A stretch of DNA of 63,555 bases, filler included, from Intoshia linei (GCA_001642005.1; 7 parts of 7 records of this genome joined end to end with filler, not necessarily neighbours in it), one strand, 5' to 3'; positions 13,309 through 26,216 are shown, numbered from the whole stretch's first letter. Notes: a model not told the origin generated them from the sequence alone. Made by a program: numbers and translations.

Positions 13309-16300
13309 ATGGAGAAAATTTTGAAAGTGGAATTGGACAAGTATAAGCATTTGATTGACACGTTTGTTGCTATAAGCGAAGCGGATAAGGTGATGGTGCT
13401 ATACAAGCTTTTGTTTTATATTGACCAAAGTTCGAGTAACTTGTTGTTGAAACATTTTGAATTAAAATATCAAAATATAAATTCATTGAATTGTAAATAT
13501 GTCATTTCTACAAATTTTGGATTAAATAGTAACATAATATGTCAAATTCAGCATTTTATGGAATCTTATCAAAATATATCCGACGTTCACCTACTAGACC
13601 AAATTCAAAATATATTTCAATGCATTTATCAGCAAGTTGAACCAGAAATGTTGAATGGTTTCACGGAGGATTTTCTAAAATTTTCTGGTAATAAAGAATT
13701 TAATATTTAAAATAATCATATATACACTATCGTATTTTAGAAGTGAATAACAAGAAATTCAAGATTATAGTTAATCTTAAAACTTTAATTCCATATTTAA
13801 AACCTCAAGAAACGCTACAACGAAAATTTTACTTGTTTATTATACGCAACATGTTTCAAAATTCCAATGATTTGTGGGAATTTGGATTTGATTCCATGAA
13901 ATGTTTATTATCAACGTCATATATTCTTAAAATTATTGAAAATATTAAAATGATTGTTTTGTACATAAGTATGCTTAGCCATATACCAAATGACGAAAAA
14001 AATGAATGTACTCAGTGGTACACGTATTTAATAAATTTACAGAATAATTTTGAATGTCGCAAAAATTTTGAGGAAAAGGTGAAAAGTTTTCATAGTAAAG
14101 GTAATTTTTATCATTAATTATTTAATTATTTATTTTCATTATCTAAGTTTTAATTTAATGTGATGTAGTGTCATCGTTTATTTGTAATTATTACTTGTAT
14201 ATCATAATTATAGTATGAATCGATTTATTGATAGTGTAACTGTAAACGTATGATATTGTAAGCAGTTTTTCATAGTTCTCATTATTTGTCAACTCTTTGA
14301 TACATTTTTAATTTTTTAGTTTCAAACATTGAAAATAAAAATATTAGAATTCTTATTACAATGCATTAATGCTATAAAGTATGCAGATGATCATGTGATA
14401 ACGAATAATTTTTTTATCATAAATTCTGATAAAATTACAAAAATAATTTGTTATTACTATTTATAACAACATTTATCAACATTTGAACCCTTAGTAGTTT
14501 TATCAGTTTAAAGCAGATATTATTTATCGTTTTATCAGTTTTTTAACTGATAAATTTCATATTTTGTTGGATTTAATGTTTAAATATTTAATTTTTTAAC
14601 GCACACTGAATTTTAACATTATTATAAAGGTCAAAAAATGAAAATTATCAAAAAATAATATTTAGTCAATGTTTATATATTTTTTCTAAACCTTATCAAT
14701 CTATAAATTATTAAGTGTGTGCTGGCAGAATTAAAACACTACATTATTCTGTTCACAATAAAACGTTTTGTTATTATTCACTGGCTACATTTGCATTAAT
14801 TCAAAAAAGGTATTTGAGAACACAGGTTAATATTCATGAATCTATCAATATTTTAATGATTAATAGTAATAGTAATAGTAACCTGTCTCCTCAAACTATA
14901 TAATTTCCCCATCATTATTAAATTCACAATATCTACGTTTTATTCATTTTCAGATTATTCGTAATTTTTTAATTTAGGGAAACGCTAAATAAGTCTACAT
15001 GTTCATAATATGACACTATATAATATGAACAAGTTTTTATTATTATTACTATGAACAAAATGGAAAATGGAACTTTTAGAATATTTTTTTACAAACCTTA
15101 AAGGTGAGGGTTCTTGAAGATTTTTTTAACCAAGTCTTTGAAGGGAAATTTTCATTAATTTTTTACCAAACTGTAGGAAAGAATTTCAGCTTATATCTTT
15201 TTACCAAACTTTAAAGGAAAGTGTTTTTGAAGATTTTTTTTAACCAAGCCCTTGAAGGGAAGTTTTCAATGTAATTTTTTACTAAACATTAGAGAAAATT
15301 TCAGATTATGTTTCTACTAAACCTTAAAGGTGAGGGTTCTTAAAGGTTTTTTTAATCAAACCCTTGAAGTGAAATTTTCTTTATTTTTTTAACCAAGTCC
15401 TTGAAGGGAAGTTTTCAAAAATAATCTAAATATTCCTATTCAAGAAAAAAATAAATAGTAAAAATAAAATTAATATATATGGTTGCCCATTTTTTCGTAA
15501 GCCATATTAATAGAATATACGCCAAATTATTGAAAAATAAGCTAAATTTTTTATTAAAACGCCAAATTCTTCCACCAGACATACCAAATTAATCAATACA
15601 CGCCAATAAAAAAATAAACGTAATAAAGATCAGAAAAAGGATATTAAAAAATTAAAATGATTACTTATACACTTTTATATGTATTAAAATTTGTTTGAAT
15701 GCTGACATGATTTATACGAATAACACGTTATTAAATTGATATAATTTGTAATTTTTAATACAATATTTCATTTGGGAACCGCTGAATTAAATTGAACATC
15801 ATGCATGCTGAAATTTAAAATATGTTAAAACTGTAGAATTACAATAAATACTATAAAAATTTAGAAATAGCTTCAAGATCCTTTGAATGTAACAACTCAA
15901 ATTTATTAAGACAAAGTAGTAATTTATGGCAGACCAGTGTGCTTCGTTCTTACACTGATGCATTTACAGAAGAGAGTAATAAAATATAATGTATTTTATG
16001 TCTTAAATAATATCAAGGTTTTATATGTGGCTAGTTTAATTTTAAACTATTATTTAAAATAAGGTATGCTTACCAGGGTTTCAATATTTGTTTTAATTTT
16101 GTTTTTCTTATCAAACTTAAAAATAAAGACATACCTACATATTTACAAAAAATTTTTCTATTTTGTTAATTATTAATTTACCGAAATGCAACGGTCCATA
16201 TTATACTCTGTATTTGATGTAAAATGAAATATTTACAAGTAAATACAATTTATATTACTTATACATTATAGTACATTGTACATCATATTAAAAAATAGAT

Positions 16301-18541
16301 GAAACTTATCAAATCAAACCAAACAATCTTACCAATAATTATTCCAACGTGACAAGTATTTGATTTAATTTAAATATTTAAACTAAAAATTATAGATTTA
16401 TTGGTTTGGCTAAAGCATTTAAGACTTCACAAGTATCATTCTTTACTAAAAACTTTGGACTACAAGTCTTTAATGACGATAGATGATGACTGGTTGAAGT
16501 CACAGGTAAAATAAATAATTAATTATTTCAAAAATAATTGTATATTTTATGATTTCTGATTTTTTTGTTTCTTTTATTTATAAATTATTTTTTAATCGTA
16601 GCATAAAATTTAGAATATAACCAAGGGTGCTAGAGGAAAATTGGTACTGAATCTTACAAAATTAAAGAACCGTTCGAAACTTCTCTTAAATTTGAAAAAC
16701 GTATTATTTTTAATTCTTATTGTTGAATACTTGTAAGAAAAAAATGGTTGATTTTATATAAAATGCTCAATGCAAATTTCATCAATACTAAAAAAATCAA
16801 ATTTAATCTTTGTCCCACCGTTCATGATTGGCGTGGTTATATATACTCTTACTTCACATTTTTTGTCAAATATATGCTAACTAAGGGATCTACAAAAAAT
16901 TTTACTCTTAGGAGCTCGTAGTCCGAAGTTACCAATGTTTCATTTTGGGAACATTGGAGGTTTAATGTTTCTCTACAAAAATGAAAGTTAAAATGTATAA
17001 TTCATAAATATAGATTAAACTCAAATGATTCTCTTGTTTTTTTCCACACTTGACAACTAATTTGAGTTTTTGAAAGTCTTACATGATTAATTGCATCATA
17101 TCTCATAAATCAGGTAAACATTTTGAGCAGGTTGGTTGATTCTTGCCTTCAGATTGATTCATTTTAAGATGATAATTTTTTACCAACATCGTTATAATTC
17201 CACATCGCTATTTATGTAAAACTTGATGAATAATTATAATTGTACTACAGAGTATTAACTGCAGCATACTTCAGTTTTTTCTTATTGGATTGATCCAAAA
17301 TGCAACAATTAGAATTTTTACCACCAAAATAAGTTTTTATATAGTTTGGGATTAAGACTGCAAATTTCAAACATCAGATCGTATTTACTATAACAAGTTT
17401 TACCTTTTCTGTTGACCACGTGTCCAACGATCAAAAAAGTTTTAAAGGCCAGATGAATTATTTAAGTGTCGAAATTTTAAGCCATGTTATTTATAAAACT
17501 ACATGTAATGTATTTTTAGAAACTATCATATTCTGGAGAAATCAATAATGTATTAATTCAACTGACTGATATATGTAAAACACCCATGCCATTAATTGAT
17601 ACCAGTAATGACGAAAACATTTCCAATACAATATTTGATTTACTAGAAATAAGTAATTTATATAATTTTTATAATAGGTAATAATATTTTGATTTATTAT
17701 TTAGTTCTAGGGAGACATGGACCGCTGGCGGAATTTGGATTCAACGATAAATTGAATAAAATTATAATTATACTCAATATATGCTTGGGAAATAAGGTAT
17801 ATGTTTCTTAATAATTAAAATTTAACATTTTGAAAAATATATATTCCAATTAATTAAATATCTATCCTTTCCTAATTTTTATTTTTATCATAAATTATGC
17901 GGAAACAAACAATTTCCTAAATGTTACAATTGAAATAAATAAATATGAAATAAATCTTTCTAATTTTAATTATTTAAAAAAGGCATTTGATTCTGGCAAA
18001 ATGGCCATGTTGTACAAGTGGAAAACGATGCTAAAATCCATGATATCATCGAAACTTTTCTACAATTTAAATAAAAATATTGAGTAACACTTTTAGAATA
18101 TATAAGCTATAATCAATATTATAGTTTTAAAAAGAGCAAAATGAATTTCATCAAAATGCCGCTTAGACGTAGCAATACAGACACAACCCCGTATAATTTT
18201 AAAAGTGTTAATATTTTTGAAAAAAATGAAAATAAAGACAATTTTAAGCAGGTAAATAAAATTTTTAATAATTTTGATTTATAACTACAGAAAAAGCATT
18301 TATTAGCTATAAGAACAAAATCTGCACAAACCCCAAACCAACAAACTAATAATTACGATTATTCCTTGTTTGATGAATATTCTGAAGATGAAGGTTTAAT
18401 TTAATTTTAATTGATACAATTTTTTAGATATTCACAAATTATGTCTAAATATGACCAACAATGCATTAAATTCGTCCGGTAAAAATTTTAAAATACCTAT
18501 GTTTATATTTTGGTTTAGAGTCGAGTGATAACAACAATTAA
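13309..18541 (+). CDS. smg: Smaug / SAMD4 / Vts1-family SAM-domain RNA-binding translational repressor, 13 exons
   Basis: Exons 13309-13687, 13741-14100, 15871-15975, 16299-16355, 16396-16505, 16614-16700, 17520-17652, 17705-17796, 17983-18083, 18125-18251, 18291-18393, 18428-18478, 18519-18541 join in frame. SAM domain LLVWLKHLRLHKY...NITKGARGKLVLNLTKLKNR, a PHAT-like region (ICKTPM, LYKWKTML) and C-terminal DIHKLCLNMTNNAL resembling the Smaug LESLCLSMTEHAL motif. Confidence 0.9.
15075..15420 (+). repeat. Diverged ~40-bp minisatellite in Smaug intron 2
   Basis: Repeated TTTTT(A)ACCAA(A/G)CC(C)TT(G/A)AAGGGAA units. Confidence 0.7.
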
Positions 18542-18679
18542 AGATTTAATTTGTTGTTATATAAAAAATAAATATATTCATTTCATTTGTAAAATTTTTA
18601 TTGAGAAGGATTATTTATAGAATTTTGTCTAAATCAATCAACCGTTTTTGTTATTAGATTTTAAATTTTATTTAAACTC

Positions 18680-19894
18680 ATGTCAGAACAAGTTGATCAT
18701 AGTACAAATCCAACGTTTAGAGGAAAAATTTCAATGTTTCTTCTTACCATATCCATTTGCCTCATGCTCGTTTCAACAATAATTCCAAAATGGAGCCAAC
18801 TTAAAAATAAAAACATGAACTTGTGGATTGAATGCGAAGATAATATATGTGAAACGATAGATGATATCTGGACAACAGGTTAATATTTAAGTTATACTCT
18901 AAATTTTAGATTATAAAATTCTGTATACTTCAATAGCAATTATATCATATATATTTGCATTCGCGGCAGTGCCTTTTCTTTTGAGTCATGTAATGTATCA
19001 TAGAACAAGGATGGGTATCAAGAGGAAAATATCTTTGATTAGCGCAACAATTCTCGTTTTATTATCTGGTAATCTTTTCTAGACAATATATAACTGGTTC
19101 CAAAATGGTCTCCACTTTAAAATATTCAATAGCGGAACGAATCGTATAATTGGCATGCTATATTAGTGGTATTGGAGACAAAAATTAAATTATAAACCAG
19201 GGTCTACAAACATCGATCATACAAAAAATATAACAGTGCATAGATATTGAGTTATTCTTCTTACAATAAAATTAATCATGTATTTATATGATAAAATTTG
19301 ACTATCAGGTAAAACGCCATTACACAATACTGTAATGTAGGGATCACTAAAACGAAATTAATAGGAAAATTTTTAACCCTTTGAGGATCGCACCAGTATG
19401 TGTACCACAGTACGAAAATATACCATGTTTTCAAATTAAGTTTTGTGCAGACTGATTTGGGAAAACTACTCTAATCATTTTTCTATAAACATTAAAAAGG
19501 AGGATACATCCATGCTGAATTAAGAAGTGCATTAGTCTAATATGAATTGTCATAAAAGCAAACCTAACATTTTGACTAATTAAACGGACGGAAGAGTTTC
19601 ATTACATTAACTAAGTAATTGATGACATAAGATCTTTATGATAAAGGGTTATCGCTCTGAAAAGGTTATATAATATATGTCGATTAGCAACATATTAATC
19701 TAAATTCTTATATATCGGATCCAAATAACCATTTTTAAATAGGCGTACTTATGATAATTTCTACCTCATTTTATAAAACACGCCATGATGCTTTGGATTA
19801 CAAAAGCGGTGAAGCATTACATTTGGCAATGGCAAGTGGAATAATTGAAATTATTTCAGCAACATACGCAATTTTGGAAATTGTAACATTTTAA
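18680..19894 (+). CDS. Claudin/PMP22/EMP-superfamily four-TM protein, 3 exons
   Basis: Exons 18680-18878, 18910-19068, 19743-19894 join in frame. TM1 is followed by W...NLWIEC-x4-C (variant of the W-GLW-C-C signature), then three more hydrophobic helices. Confidence 0.75.
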
Positions 19895-19929
19895 AAATAT
19901 AATAAACAATAATATACAAATTATTAAAA

Positions 19930-22900
19930 CTAATTAGGTCGAGGTTTATAGTTTTTAATGTCCGTCTTAGTATTAAGCACTCTGCGTAGAGTCAAATGTT
20001 TGTCCAAATTACAACGCGGTCGGTTAATAGGAGTTTTAACAAAATTATTGTACAGTGTGGCTCCACTTGTTTCAAACTTCAGAGGTTGGTTGAACGACTG
20101 AACAGGTGGTTGTCTTGAAATTGGAATTTGAGAAGTAGATTGAGGCGACAGTTTATCAATTTGAGTTGGTTTCAGTTTAACAGAAGAGGCAAAATTCGCA
20201 GAATTATTAATAACATATCCACTGCTACGCGATACACGTTGCATATTTGATATAATCTTGGAACCAAAATTCTGCGAATTCGCATTAATTGGAACAATTT
20301 CAGAATTCGGAGAATACGTCCTAATTTCATCTTGCTCAGTAAATACATTACTTTTTTGTTGTTTCGGAGTAGCCATTCGTATCTATTAAAATAAATATAC
20401 GTTTAAATGGTATCATACAAAAGACTGATTATGTGAATTCGTGGGTTGGCCTTTGTTTGGTAAAATTGTTATGATATTGGATGACGAATCCTTCCTCGGG
20501 TCATTATTATTAATAAATTGTTGATTTTTTAACAAATGACGAAACTGCTGCACACTAAAACGTTTTGCAATCTTCGGTCCACTCTGAATATTGCGAACAA
20601 TGTGTATTGGCCCCGGAGTAGAATTAGCTAAAATTGATCTATAGAATATAATAAACGTATTTACGTATATTCTTTTGTGGGTTTTGAGGTTTGGAAAACC
20701 TTAAATTTCTAGTAGATATTACACGAGCTAATTAAATTTAATTTTATATGGAACATAGAAAACTACCTTGCACTCTATTCTGCATATGATCGTTAGGTTT
20801 ACGTATCGTATTAATTTTAACAATATTATTCTGACGATAGCCAGTATCCGATCGGTTCATCCTTACGTTAAACTAAAAAAATTAGTACAATTTTTTTATA
20901 TATAATACCACATTGGGATTCGATAATCTACCATTATCTGAAATTGGTATATTTCGTATATTAACATTAGAGTAAGAAACTGTCGGTTTTTTAAATGGAG
21001 ATATGAAATTATCTTGAGAATTCTGAAAATGAATAGATGTATTCATTTTTTGCATTTGATATTGATCCAAAATCATTGAATTTTGCCGTTTTAACATTTT
21101 TTTTTTTGAATTTTTCAAGGTGGAAATTGTAGAACATTGTCGGTATTTTTTTTGATTATTAGAAATTGTAAATGAATTGGATATGACATTAGAATTGGGA
21201 ATAATTTGCTTGATAGTAGGTCGGTTTCCTCTCATAACATTGATATTATGGTTAACTATGTGAACAGACTTCCCTTTTACAGACATGGTTGATGCATTAT
21301 TTGATTTATTTTTAATATAGTTTTTGTGTTCTTCTAATTTCATTTTTGCCATAAATGCTTTCATGTCACCTGGTGAAATATATTCTGCAGAATCTGGCAA
21401 CATAACCGAATTGAGTTGCTTATTTCCATCCTGAGAAACAGATAAACGCTTACAACGACCAGTAGAGAACCTCACAGCATTTGTGAATCTAGCAGCGTAT
21501 AATTTGTGTAGTGTGACGAAGTTATCGCAAATATAATTAGCACCAGCCTTTTTGGGATTTAGAAAAATTTTCGCCTTATTATTCTTCTTTGTACCTGGAG
21601 GGTGGGTAGATATGTCTCCATCTTCTTCTTGTATTTTTATAATATGATCCAATCTATTTTGAATTTGACGGATAGATCTATTGTTATTGTCACATACAGA
21701 CTGAACAAAATCTTTCACGATTTGCCAATTTCCATTTTCGAAAATGTTGTAAATTCTTGAAAATACAAAGTTCAAAACCCAGTCTTCCTGAATTGTCCAT
21801 TGACACCTGTCAATTACAAATGTATTCTGTTTGTTCATTTGAATACGACCCGGCATTCCCTTATTCGTTTTATTTGACGACCTTTTATTGGAAGTCAAAA
21901 TGATGTTTTTACAAAACAATGATTTTGGACAACGATTAGTAGACAAATTTGAAACGTGGGTAATTTCTTTTCCAACATTTTGCTTTTTAGCTAAAAATAT
22001 ATGTAACAATATAATAAATATTATACTTTGTGATATTTTTTCTGGAGGCTGTCCGACATGATCTCTTATTTTGTAATTGTGATACAACATATTTTTATTA
22101 TTTACTATTTTCGGTTTTTCATCGGGAGTGGGAGGACGAAACATCTATTAAACGTTAAATTAAATAATAAATATACATACCTTAATGTAATTGTGGTGAC
22201 AAAGTATTTTCAAAAAACTCTAAAACAAAATGAATTTCATAATCTATTAAATTGAGCTGTACGCGATAGTAACATTAAAAACTGAAAAAAATAAAGGACC
22301 AACACCATTAAAAAATTTTACAAATCACCAGTACACCTGTTACGCCGATTAATACGAAGATGACGTTTTAGATAAATTGATATTCGAAATTGAAAAGAGA
22401 AACACAGTAAAAAATAATTTTTACCATTTTCGTTTGATAATTAAAGGCATTAATTACAAAATAATACTTTAAGATTATTATAATGTACGATATTAATCGA
22501 CTCATTAGAAAACATCGAAGCGACAAATAATTATTCTAGATAAAATCGTACACAAGGTGAAAAATTACACATAAACATTATTCAATTTTTTTTTCGGTGA
22601 GCCATAAAAATTATTGAAAAATACAAATGTTTATTTATATATACTTCTTACACGTAACGAAGAGATGATGATCAATTCGATAATAATATATCAATGCCAT
22701 GTAATTAGTCGACTATGTAGGTTATTGAAATTTAAGAAAATATCAAGAAAGTTTTTTTATTACCTATTTATACAGCTGTACTTTTAATATTAAGAATAAT
22801 AATTAAAAAATTTTTAAAAAAAATCAAAATTAAGTTGCGAAGCTTGAGAAGCTGAATCATCACAATTAAATGGATTTTACAATATGAATAAATAGAACAA

Positions 22901-25900
22901 AATTTATATATACATAATTATTTAAATAAACGTGTATAAGTGTGTCTCTAATCACATGTAATGTGTGTTGGGTAAAATTGAAAAGTTATATTAGAGACAC
23001 ACCTACACACATTACAAGACAAGAGGCAACTTAAACGTTTAATATAAAATATTTACAATATGTATATATAAATTAAGCATCTTAAGGAGAGGTTGATAAA
23101 TCCAAATTTTTTGTTAAATTCAGTTTGGAATTTACTTTATGGTTCGATAAATTTAAATTTGCTATCTGATATGGTTTGATGATTCTAATTTTATAACTTG
23201 AGGGTATGTTCTCAAGATTTGATCTATTAAGGCGAATAATGTTAATGGGTTTACCAATGGAATTTTTAAAATTGGCAGAGTTGGATATAATTTTTACATG
23301 GTTGCTATTAGTGTTTTTAGGCAATCTGAATACTCGAATGTTTTTAAATTGTGTTGGTATAAAGGTATTCAATACGTTTGGTTTGGGTTTGATACTAGTC
23401 TCTGAAATCTTAATTGGAGAAATGCGATTCTTTTGCAAATCGACATGTGGACGTTCCACGTGTTGCGAGTCTAGTCTAACGTTCTTAGACCTAGATCGTG
23501 TCTGAGCAACATTCTCCTTAATAAACTTCTGTGGCTGAATAGTTTTTACTTTACAGTTTTTTTTCTTCTTAATCTTATTTTTCTCAACTTTGACTACTAA
23601 AGGAGTTTCTTTAGGGGCTGAGTATTTTAGCAAAGACGCTCCACTCGCCAACATGTGAGAATATTGGGAACACTTAATTTGTTTTTTAGTAGGTTCAGGT
23701 ACAGCTTCATAAATATTTTTCATTTTGGATACCTGCATTTTATTTGTTTTCACATAAGTTAAAGGGTGTTCATTGGTAGTGTGATAAGCTGAATTTTTGG
23801 CGCGTTTAGACATTGGTTCATATAAAGTATCGTTCTAAAATAGAACTAAGATAAAATCATACAAATGTAATACCTGAACTGTTTCGTCTGGTTTTGGAAT
23901 GCTGGATTCAATGAGATCAATCGAAAACTGTTCAACGGGTGTAAACTAAATTTTAAAATAAATATTACATAAATAATGTAAAACCTTGTATTCGTCATTT
24001 TCTAAAGAATGTTCAATTATTAATTCATCTCTAAAATCATCATCAAAATCTACTTTATCAGCTTTGACTTCTGATTGTAATTTTTTGGCAGCTTCAACAT
24101 CCTCTTCGTCTTCCGCCTCAAACAAACATCGATTTATTTCGTCCTGAGAAATTTTATAAAGTTTCATTTCGTCTTTTGCAACATTTTCAAATATATCGTT
24201 AATGTTTGTCTTTTCAAAGAACTCGGTAGTAAATGATCCATTTTCTATTGCCAAGTCTCCAAGTAGTTTCTTTTGGTTAGCTTTGTTGAGAATATTCTCT
24301 TCAATTGTAAATTCAGATACAAGTCGGTAAATGTGAACATCTCTAGTTTGACCAATTCTGTGACATCGATCTTGCGCTTGAGCATCCATTGTAGGATTCC
24401 AATCAGAATCATAAAAAATTACACAATCTGCGCCAATTAAATTTATTCCCAAACCGCCACTTCTAGTCGACAATATAAAACAGAAAATTTTGTCATCGCA
24501 ATTAAATCTTTCCATCAAAGCTTGGCGTTTTTCAATTTTTGTAGAACCATCTAATCGGAAATATTTATAGTTGTGATAGCAAAGGAAAATTTCCAAGATA
24601 TCCAAAACTTTTGTCATTTGAGTAAATATTAAAACCCTGTGACTATTATTGTGCAAATCACGTAAAAGTTTATCCAAAGCTTGTAATTTACCACTGTCAT
24701 ATTGAATAAGTCTATTTTCCGGAAAAATCAAACTCTTTAACATGCACAAGGCATCAAAAGGCTGGGAAGTTTTTTTAATTTCTTTGTGCAAATTTGTCAA
24801 ATCATTCACATTTTGTTCATATTTGGAATTGTATTTAGATGGAGTGAACTTTATGTAATCACTTTTTACTTTATCATGATATATTGAGAATTTTTTAATA
24901 TTTTCATCACTTATGGACGGAACATGACAAAACGTTTTTGGTTGAATGGTAACAAATTTGATTAGATCGGATGTATATAATGCATTGGATTTATAAATTC
25001 TGTTACTGTTAGCATTTACAATTCTAAGTATTCTTTGGCGTTTATTACTAGCTCTTCGAAGTGCAATTTTTTCTAAAAATGGACTGGAAGGTGGTGGTTT
25101 GATATCGATTTTAACATTAGGCTTTAATAGATAGTTTTTTAATTCAACATCATTATTTCGTTTGTTTTTGAAAAATTTAATGGATGTTAACGTCATATCA
25201 CAATTATGTAGACTAACATCAACTTTTTTCTTAGTTAAATTAAGGAATATGGTGGGGACTTGGTATTGTAAACTTTGGTTGAAAAACGGACTTGAAACTG
25301 GTCGAGGGTCAAACAAATCTGGATGATTGCACACTTTTCGTAATTGCATCAACACGTTTGCTACATTAAGGAAACTACCAGAAACTATTTTCTGTCGCGT
25401 ATCTGATTTAGACATGAAATCGTCATATAGAAAACGTTGTCTTTTCGACATTCGACATCTTATAATGTGTTCATGTTTTTTCGGTAGTTGCTTTTCTACG
25501 TCATCTTTCAAACGTCTCAAAATAAATGGCCGAAGAACTTTATGCAGCGTCGTCAGTTGTTTTATGTTTGTATTCTTTCCAGATTCGATCAGTTCACTAA
25601 TCGGTTGATCAAACCAGTCTTTAAAGTCTAGGTGTGATTCAAACACTGAAGGCATTAAAAAGTGCATTAAACTCCATAATTCCATCAGACTGTTTTGTAA
25701 AGGTGTACCCGTTAATAACAAACGTTTTCTACTCTTGAAACCCAACAAAGTTTGCCATCTTTGAGATCTATAATTTTTTATGTGATGAGCTTCGTCCAAA
25801 ATTAAATAATGCCATTGCATTCTTCGAAATTTTGTAGCATCTTGCATAGCGATATTATACGATGTAATACACACATGAAATGCATTAGAGCGAGTCCAAC

Positions 25901-26216
25901 CTTTTCGCTTAGCAGACCGTTCTTTGTGAGAACCATAATACGTTAATATTTTTAAGGCTGGGCACCATTTTTTGAATTCAATTTCCCAATTTAACATAAC
26001 AGATGTAGGAACAATCACTAAGTGAGGCCCCCATATTGCTTTGAAACTTGCCAAATGTGCCAATAAAGCAATTGTTTGAATAGTTTTTCCAAGGCCCATC
26101 TCATCAGCTAATATACCATTTAACTTTCTATTGTGTAGCTTTAAAATCCACTCTACGCCGTCTTGTTGGTATGGTCGTAATTTATGTTTCAATAAAAATG
26201 AAACTTGTTTGATGTT
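19930..26216 (-). CDS. dom: Domino / p400-like Snf2 remodeller, long SANT-containing isoform; 5' part (HSA region) missing at the segment end
   Basis: Exons 26216-23985, 23945-23873, 23834-23733, 22219-22181, 22144-22027, 21990-20909, 20872-20767, 20727-20665, about 20627-20418 and about 20382-19930. ATPase motifs GILADEMGLGKT, LILDEAH, LTGTPLQN, QLRKVCNHP, LSTRSGGLGINL, QAQDRCHRIGQ. The p400/DOM-A-type tail has FRPPTP, PKSLF, SANT-like WTIQEDW...NWQIVKDFV...RSIRQIQNR and LYAARF. Confidence 0.9.
22932..23016 (-). promoter_or_regulatory. Candidate RNA stem-loop or pseudoknot in the domino short-isoform 3' UTR / alternative intron
   Basis: Arms 22990-23010 and 22932-22952 pair 21/21 on the minus-strand RNA, with two G-U pairs. 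A second perfect 12-bp helix pairs 23005-23016 with 22957-22968. Confidence 0.55.
23082..23732 (-). CDS. Alternative terminal coding extension of domino (read-through of the 23732 donor; short SWR1/DOM-B-like isoform)
   Basis: The frame stays open for 216 codons past CAG|GTATCC to TAA at 23082-23084, inside what is otherwise an AT-rich 1513-nt intron. The peptide is Lys/Asn/Ile-rich and low complexity. An ATTAAA lies about 40 nt after the stop on the minus strand. Confidence 0.7.
   Translation of the reverse strand, partial: VSKMKNIYEAVPEPTKKQIKCSQYSHMLASGASLLKYSAPKETPLVVKVEKNKIKKKKNCKVKTIQPQKFIKENVAQTRSRSKNVRLDSQHVERPHVDLQKNRISPIKISETSIKPKPNVLNTFIPTQFKNIRVFRLPKNTNSNHVKIISNSANFKNSIGKPINIIRLNRSNLENIPSSYKIRIIKPYQIANLNLSNHKVNSKLNLTKNLDLSTSP

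Noticed and set aside
14320-14370. Extra Smaug exon after 14100
   Set aside because: It hits TAA after about 16 codons, while the exon at 15871 joins in phase and leads to the SAM domain.
16780-17460. Possible nested gene on the minus strand of Smaug intron 6
   Set aside because: Frequent stops and no recognisable exon chain. At most an old transposon relic.
23206-25608. Plus-strand ORFs 23206-23505 and 25327-25608
   Set aside because: Antisense shadows of domino coding sequence with no motifs.
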